From NCBI GenBank assembly GCA_013416795.1, contig RQSC01000021.1:1-64000 (forward strand): a stretch of DNA of 64,000 bases. Reading direction: 5' to 3'. The notes below the pieces were generated by a model. It was not told the origin of the DNA. It saw only the letters and a program-made list of their open reading frames with translations, and made no database searches. Each line of letters begins with the position of its first letter. Position 1 is the stretch's first letter. Source of the DNA: Prasinococcaceae sp. CCMP 1430. Taxonomy: Eukaryota; Plantae; Prasinodermophyta. The position numbers and the translations under genes were made by a program. This document shows, one piece after another, positions 58,412 through 64,000 of the stretch.

Positions 58412-58744
58412 GGCGACGGGCGCGTGCGTGCCGCCGCCGGCCGCGCACGTGTGGCCTTGCGGCGGCGCACACGCGCTCGGGAGCTCGAGACTTTCGAATG
58501 GCGTGAGGGCGAGGCTCGGCCCCCGCGAGGGGGGTTCGGGGAACCGCCACGGGAGAGCTCAAGAGGAAAAAAACGCGGGCATGCGCCGGGTGGCTGGGAG
58601 CGCGCAGCCGCGGACCGGTGCGCCACACTGCGGGGGTCCAGGGTCGTGGCTGTGCTGTCGATGCCGTCCTTGTGCGAGCGTGCGCAGGTTGGTGCCGTGC
58701 GCCAGTGAGTGCCGGGCGCGGACGCAGCCAGGGGCACGACGGAC

Positions 58745-61221
58745 ATGGACGGCGAGGACGCCGACGCCGGCGTCAATGTCCCTGCCGACGGGTGCTCGGA
58801 CGCGCCAGCGGGTGGCGCCAGCGCTCCGGGCGGCGCCGCTGCTGAAAAAGCACTGCTCCCCGACCCGGACGGCTACGATAAGTTCGAGCCGTGGGAGTGC
58901 GATGCGTTCCCCGAGCTTGCGGACGCGCTTGCATGCGCATGGCGCGTGCTGTGCGCGGCACCCGCGCGAGCGCGTTGGCACGCGCGTGCAGCACGTCGCA
59001 GGCCACGCGCGGATGAGGCGGACTCTGCTGCTGTGCTTGCAGTGAAGGCGGCGCTCGCGGCGGACCCAGAGAAGTCTGCAGATGCGCGGGGGAGTGGTGG
59101 CCGTAGCGCTTTGCATGTCACGGCTGAGCTCGGCCTGCGGCGCACCGCCGAGGGCTTGCTCGCCGCGGGCTGCAAGCTACTTGCATGCGACCACACCGGC
59201 GACACGCCAATGCACATCGCGGCTGAGCGGGATGACGCGCTTCTCGAGCTGATGCTGGACGCACGTGCGGAGGAGCTCAGGGCCGTGGGCGCGGCCAGCG
59301 GCATTAATCGCGGTGGAAAAGACGGATACTCGGCGCTGCATCGCGCGTGCAGTGGCTCCGCTGTGCGGGCGCTCGTCGCCGCAGGCGCTGACGTCCATAT
59401 GCGCAACGGTCTGACGAACGGGGAAATGCCCCTGCACTCGGCTGTGTCCCGCGGCAGGTTCTGCGCGGCAGAGGCAATGCTCAGTGACAGTGGCGCCAAC
59501 CCGAACGGCTGCGACGAGTACGGAACACCGCCGCTCACCCACCTCTACGACACGTGGCTAAACGACAGAGAGTGCCTCGGCGACCTCTGCGGAGAGGAGC
59601 ACATCGAAAGTATGACCGGGTTGCTGCTGCGTCACGGCGCAGACCCGCTCGAGGGCGATGAGGTGATGGACAGACCTTTGATCTGCGCGATGCGCGCGGG
59701 TATCCCTCGCTGCGTGGCTCTCATGCTCCGCCCCACCCGCGCGCGGCCGATGGGTGTGCCCGCCGACACACTTGGGGGCTCAGGGTCGGACACCCTGCTG
59801 AGCGTTGACGTGCGCACGGGCGACGGGCGCCTGGCGCGCATGCTGCTCGCCTCCAAGGCCGACCCCTGGGACATGCGCAGCGCGAGCTCAAGCAGCACCA
59901 TGCTACGCGATGATAGCTCGCCCATCTCTGAACTGTGCGCGCGTCCTGCCAGTGGCTTTAGGCTCGATCTGTTGCGCCACATGTTGCAGCCGCGCTTCCG
60001 CTTCAAGTTGAATAGCTACCCCGGGCTGCGGCTGCGCAAGTGGCGCCGAGCGCTATGCGATGCTACTCTTGCTGGCAACGCCGAGTACGCACATCTGCTG
60101 CTCGACATGGAGTTCGATGGCCGCACCGGCCTCGTCGGCCATTGCCGTGAGCCGTGCACGCTGCCCGTGGCGGGGCCGTTCGTCGTGCTCGATGAGGCGC
60201 AAGACGAGGCCATGCGACGCGCTGCGTACGCGGCAGTTGAGGAGGAGGTGGCGTTGGCAAACGAGCTATTTGCGCGCGCATCGGTGGCAACGGGTGGCAA
60301 TGCTGGAAGGACAGCTCAGCAGACGCCTGCAAGCGCCGCTTTCCTGGAGGCCACGATGGCGCACAGGGATGCGCTTCAAGTAGCAGCTGGCAATCGCGTC
60401 GCGAGCGACGCGCTCATCGCCCAGGCTGACCGCGAGGGCTTGGTGTGTGTCGCGGCGAGGGCGGCCATTGCGCCCCTTTTTGAGGCCGCACTGGACCGTG
60501 ATGGGCTGGTGCGCTCCGACTTGCGCGCCGACGGCGCCAGCGGAAGCACTGGCGTCGGCTCTCACCCGTGTGATGTCGACACGAGAATGTCTACGGCGCA
60601 GCACAAGGCCCGTGGCGCGCTGCGTGTGCTACAGCTGCTTCTTATGCGTCCTTCCCAGGCATTCATGTGGGATGAGGACTACATCCAGCTCGCGTCCGCG
60701 CGGCGCATGCTTGATGCGTTTGCACGAGCCGTGCAGAGGCGCGTGTCTTCGGCATCGGCGCCCGCAGAGCAAGGTATGCAAGCCTCTTTCTGTCTCGCAC
60801 TGCATCTGTGCGTGGCTTCTGCGTGCGTTGCTGACGAATCTAGCACCGGCGCGTTGGGCCCACTGCAGACCGCATCGCTCAGGCATTCAAGCGCACAAGT
60901 GAGGGCATTGCCACCGTCAGGGCCCTCATCGAAGGCTTTACTTCGCAAGGCTGTGTGCCATGGAAGCGAGAGACGCATCGCATGCGCCCGTGGCGGTTCC
61001 GCTCGTGCGCGTTGGTGCTCTTGCGATGCGCGCACAGGATGTCCAGCCGCAACGGCGACGTGGTTCGCGTTTCACTCGTGCCTGCCAAAGGCGCGGTCTG
61101 CTGCACCCTCACCCTCTTCGACGGTCACCGTGAGAGGCGAGACAGGCTTGCTGGCCTCGGCGACATGGAGCCAGAGCTGGTGTACCGCGTGTTGGCCGCT
61201 CTGTGCCAGACCATGTCGTAA
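58745..61221 (+). CDS. Ankyrin-repeat protein with a C-terminal F-box-like motif; introns 60808-60868 and 60899-61037
   Basis: SALHVTA, GDTPMHIAA, GYSALH, GEMPLHSA and G.PPL ankyrin units. Both predicted introns are phase-consistent. Confidence 0.75.
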
Positions 61222-61409
61222 AAATTGTATGTACTGTATGAAATCGCATGTTGTTGTACCATGATGGTACAAAGTGGTGGTGGCAAGACTGCGTCTTGTT
61301 TTTTTTTCCGCTGCGCGGGCGATCTACGCGCAAGCGCGCAGCGGCACACCATATTGCGCCCCACCTGCGCAGCTCCCGCAAGAGGCTGTTCGAGGGCTCT
61401 TTGACAGCA

Positions 61410-61978
61410 ATGGCGGACGGGGACGTCGAAGCGAGCGGGCGGGCGGTGGTCGAGTCGCAGGCGCGGGCGTCAGAGCGCCTGAGCGAGGCCTTCGACCTCT
61501 TTTCGGGCGGCAATGACACGCTGCCGCGTGCAAAGGTGGGAGATGTGCTGAGGGCCACGGGCGTCGATGCCCTGCTGCACCAGAAGAGGCTGTATGCTGC
61601 CATCGAGCACGTCGCTGGTGGCGTCGATGAACTGTCTTTGCCCCAGGTAAGCGAAATCTTGCTCTTTACTTACGAAACAGGTTGCTAACACACGCGCCAC
61701 ACCAGGTCATGCGCGTGCAGGCCCGCCTGGAAGCTGAGGGCAACTGCGCGGACGCCACGGACGCGAGGAGGGAGATCGACAGCGCGTGCGCGGCGCTCGC
61801 TACGGGAAGCTCTACGCGCGGCTCGACGATCGATGCCGGAGAGCTGAAGAGGCTGCTGACGAGCGTCGGGGAAGCGCTCAGCGCAAGCGAGGCCGACGCG
61901 CTCATTGAAATGGCAGAGAAGGATGAGGGCGGCGACATAAAGCTTCCGATCACGTCTCTGTACCCCCCTGAGACGTGA
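61410..61978 (+). CDS. Divergent calmodulin / myosin-light-chain-like EF-hand protein; intron 61647-61705
   Basis: L.EAFDLF, V..VLRA.G and TIDAGELKRLLTSVGEALS..EADALI..A motifs. Confidence 0.75.
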
Positions 61979-62064
61979 TCCACTCAACGAGCGAATACGC
62001 ACGGGCTACTGTAGGTGTAGCACAACGAAGCTGAAATGGGATACAGTACAGTATGTTACACAAG

Positions 62065-63273
62065 TTATGGATCATAGCAAGAGGTGTCGCCTACCTGCGC
62101 CTCCACCCGTGCCGCGCGCCCGCCGCCGAGCTCCGACGATACGCTCGCGCAGCCGCCCGTGCCTTGCAACATCATCTTCAGACGGGGCGCTTGCGTGTCC
62201 ATCCATATGACCTGTGCGCGTGCGCACCCAGCGCGCAGGGCAAGCCGCAGCTTGCCTTTGGCTGCGCCATCGCCGGGAGCACACACCGTGCGCTCGGCCT
62301 CGATCTGCACCTCGGCCTCGCGCCCGAGAGCACGCGTCGCTTTGGCCGACAGGGCAAGGGTCGTGGTGAGGTCCGTGCGGACCGCGAGCCGCATTGCTGC
62401 GCTCTCTGCCTGTAGCACGTACGCCGCCGGCCGCCGCCGGCATGGGTCGAGCGCGAGGGCATCGAACTCCAGCGTCTGCTTGATGAGCGCGTCGTCAGGC
62501 GCGACGCGCACGCGCAGCCTAGCGCGCCTTTCCGCAGGGTGCAGTGTCAGCGAGCGCTCGAGGCCTTCGCGGTTGGAGCGCATCGCGACGGCACCCAGCA
62601 GACCATCTTCGCCACAGCCGGCACGTTCGCATTGCAGCATGTCCACCTCGCCAGGCGCCGCCGAGTGCACGACGGCAATACGAGACCACCCAGCTGTGGC
62701 GGGCGCATCGCTCAGCTCCAACGAGGCCTCGAGCGCGGCCGAGCGCCTCTCATCCACCTCCAGCTGTGCGCGAAGCTCAACCGCGTCAGTGCCGCTGCCC
62801 ACTCCGGGCGCGTCTGGTGGTACGTGCGCAAACGCGGCAGAGACGAGAGCGCGCGGCGAAGCGGGCACCACGGCCGTCGCCATTGCCGACGCGCCAAATG
62901 GCACCACGTCGGGCGTGGCCACCACACACGCGCGTTCCAGCTTGGCCAGCTTGTACTCCTCGGGCACATTTGCTTCCGCGTAGAGAGGCTGCGCGAGGTC
63001 TTGCATCCGCCTCTGCTGGTGCTGCTGGTGCAGCCGCTCCTTGTTCGCCTCTTCCCCATCTTGCTGCTGCTGCTGACAAATTGTCTGCATTGCGGAGGCG
63101 GGCGCGCGCGCGCCCATAGGCGACATCGGTCCAGCCGTGCACCACCAGGTACGTACGCGCCGCACGGACCGCAACACCACCGCTGTTGCCGCGCCCACGC
63201 CTGCGCCCGGCGCGGGCAAGGGCGTTCCTCTCTGCTCAGTCGCAGCGGTCCCGCCTGGCGCCGCGAGCGCCAT
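62065..63273 (-). CDS. Hypothetical protein
   Basis: 402-aa ATG-initiated ORF with a TGTAA signal just past its stop. No family recognised. Confidence 0.5.
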   Translation of the reverse strand: MALAAPGGTAATEQRGTPLPAPGAGVGAATAVVLRSVRRVRTWWCTAGPMSPMGARAPASAMQTICQQQQQDGEEANKERLHQQHQQRRMQDLAQPLYAEANVPEEYKLAKLERACVVATPDVVPFGASAMATAVVPASPRALVSAAFAHVPPDAPGVGSGTDAVELRAQLEVDERRSAALEASLELSDAPATAGWSRIAVVHSAAPGEVDMLQCERAGCGEDGLLGAVAMRSNREGLERSLTLHPAERRARLRVRVAPDDALIKQTLEFDALALDPCRRRPAAYVLQAESAAMRLAVRTDLTTTLALSAKATRALGREAEVQIEAERTVCAPGDGAAKGKLRLALRAGCARAQVIWMDTQAPRLKMMLQGTGGCASVSSELGGGRAARVEAQVGDTSCYDP

Positions 63274-64000
63274 CGCTTTGCGCGGGCGCGAGGGCGCGCG
63301 CGCCGGCCGCGGTGGCGCACCTCATGCGTGAGGCATCGAGTGCCTCGCCACTCACAAAGTCTATATCTGCTGTCAGTGGGCGCGCCGCCCTGTGGCGCCC
63401 GCGCGTCGCCCTCGCGCCCCGCCGATGAGACTCCTGAGGTGGAGGGTCCAACACGCCAGGGTGCGTCGTTCGGAGGGATTTGGGTTGAACTCGGTGTTTT
63501 GGGTATGCGTGTGCACAGGGTTAATATGGCCAGCCTGCGGTGCGGACTTCCCGCCAAAAGTGGCGCCCGCGGCAGGCAGGATGGACAGTGCGAGGGAGCG
63601 AGTCAGACGCGGCGCGCACGGCGCAGGCACCCCACCCGAAGTACCCACCCAACCAACCACCCACTCGGGTCCTAGCTGGTCCCGACCGCCGAGCCTTGAC
63701 CTGCGGGCGGGAGGACGGGATGTCGGCCGCAGGGCGCGCTTGGCCGCAACCGGCGGGGCCCGCAGCAGGGGTGGGGCCGGTTGCAACAGCGGGGGCACGT
63801 TCACTCGGCGAGGCCGCGCAGCAACTGGAGGCGGTGCGGCCATCGGGATATTTGTTATCGGCGGCGGTGATAGGGCACGCGCGGCCGTGCGCCGTGCGCG
63901 CCACGCGGCCGATTCTGAGCGATGGCTTCAGGCGCGCTCGCGTGAGGCGATTCTCCGACGTGTGCGGCACACGCACGTATATGTTTGAGGAGGGTGACCG

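Noticed and set aside
305-61705. Introner-like repeated introns
   Set aside because: The introns share only donor, branch and acceptor motifs; no extended similarity was evident by eye.
1-64000. Prokaryotic operon, defence island or CRISPR interpretation
   Set aside because: Spliceosomal introns and eukaryotic core genes occur throughout, and no repeat-spacer array was seen.
63274-64000. ORFs at the end of the window
   Set aside because: No recognisable coding signal; probably promoter or intergenic DNA.

Overview
Very GC-rich, gene-dense eukaryotic nuclear DNA with short GT(GCG/ACG)...AG spliceosomal introns, CTGAC/CTAAC branch sites and TGTAA poly(A) signals. A Rubisco-activase-like gene, transit-peptide-like N-termini and IFT122 point to a green alga, probably prasinophyte-grade (inference; no species call). 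About 29 protein-coding genes can be supported: U2A', JMJD4-like, IFT122, a ~3,200-aa Ig-repeat multi-TM surface protein, Sec23/24-like, TEL2, aquaporin, OXLD1-like, TFB2, a NEK kinase, Vps55, ASPH-like, a nucleotide-sugar transporter, RAD23, TDP2-like, COX19, two EF-hand proteins, Rca-like plus rhodanese, CWC25, a Sen1-like helicase, an ARM-like protein, cytochrome b5-acyl-CoA dehydrogenase, PPK2, an ankyrin protein and several unknowns. I saw no rRNA, tRNA, CRISPR array or recognisable transposon. There is one 74-N gap and several probable 1-nt assembly indels. Best leads: (1) an intron-containing bacterial-type class I polyphosphate kinase 2 with a plastid-type transit peptide and a Lys/Glu tail; (2) an AUG-free OXLD1-like ORF ending 33 nt upstream of, and in frame with, TFB2, suggesting a non-AUG, leaky-scanning bicistron; (3) an Rca-like AAA+ protein fused to a non-catalytic rhodanese; (4) a PTS1-bearing cytochrome b5-ACAD fusion; (5) the giant receptor/adhesin. 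All family calls are by motif recognition and all exon models were built by eye; no database searches were run.
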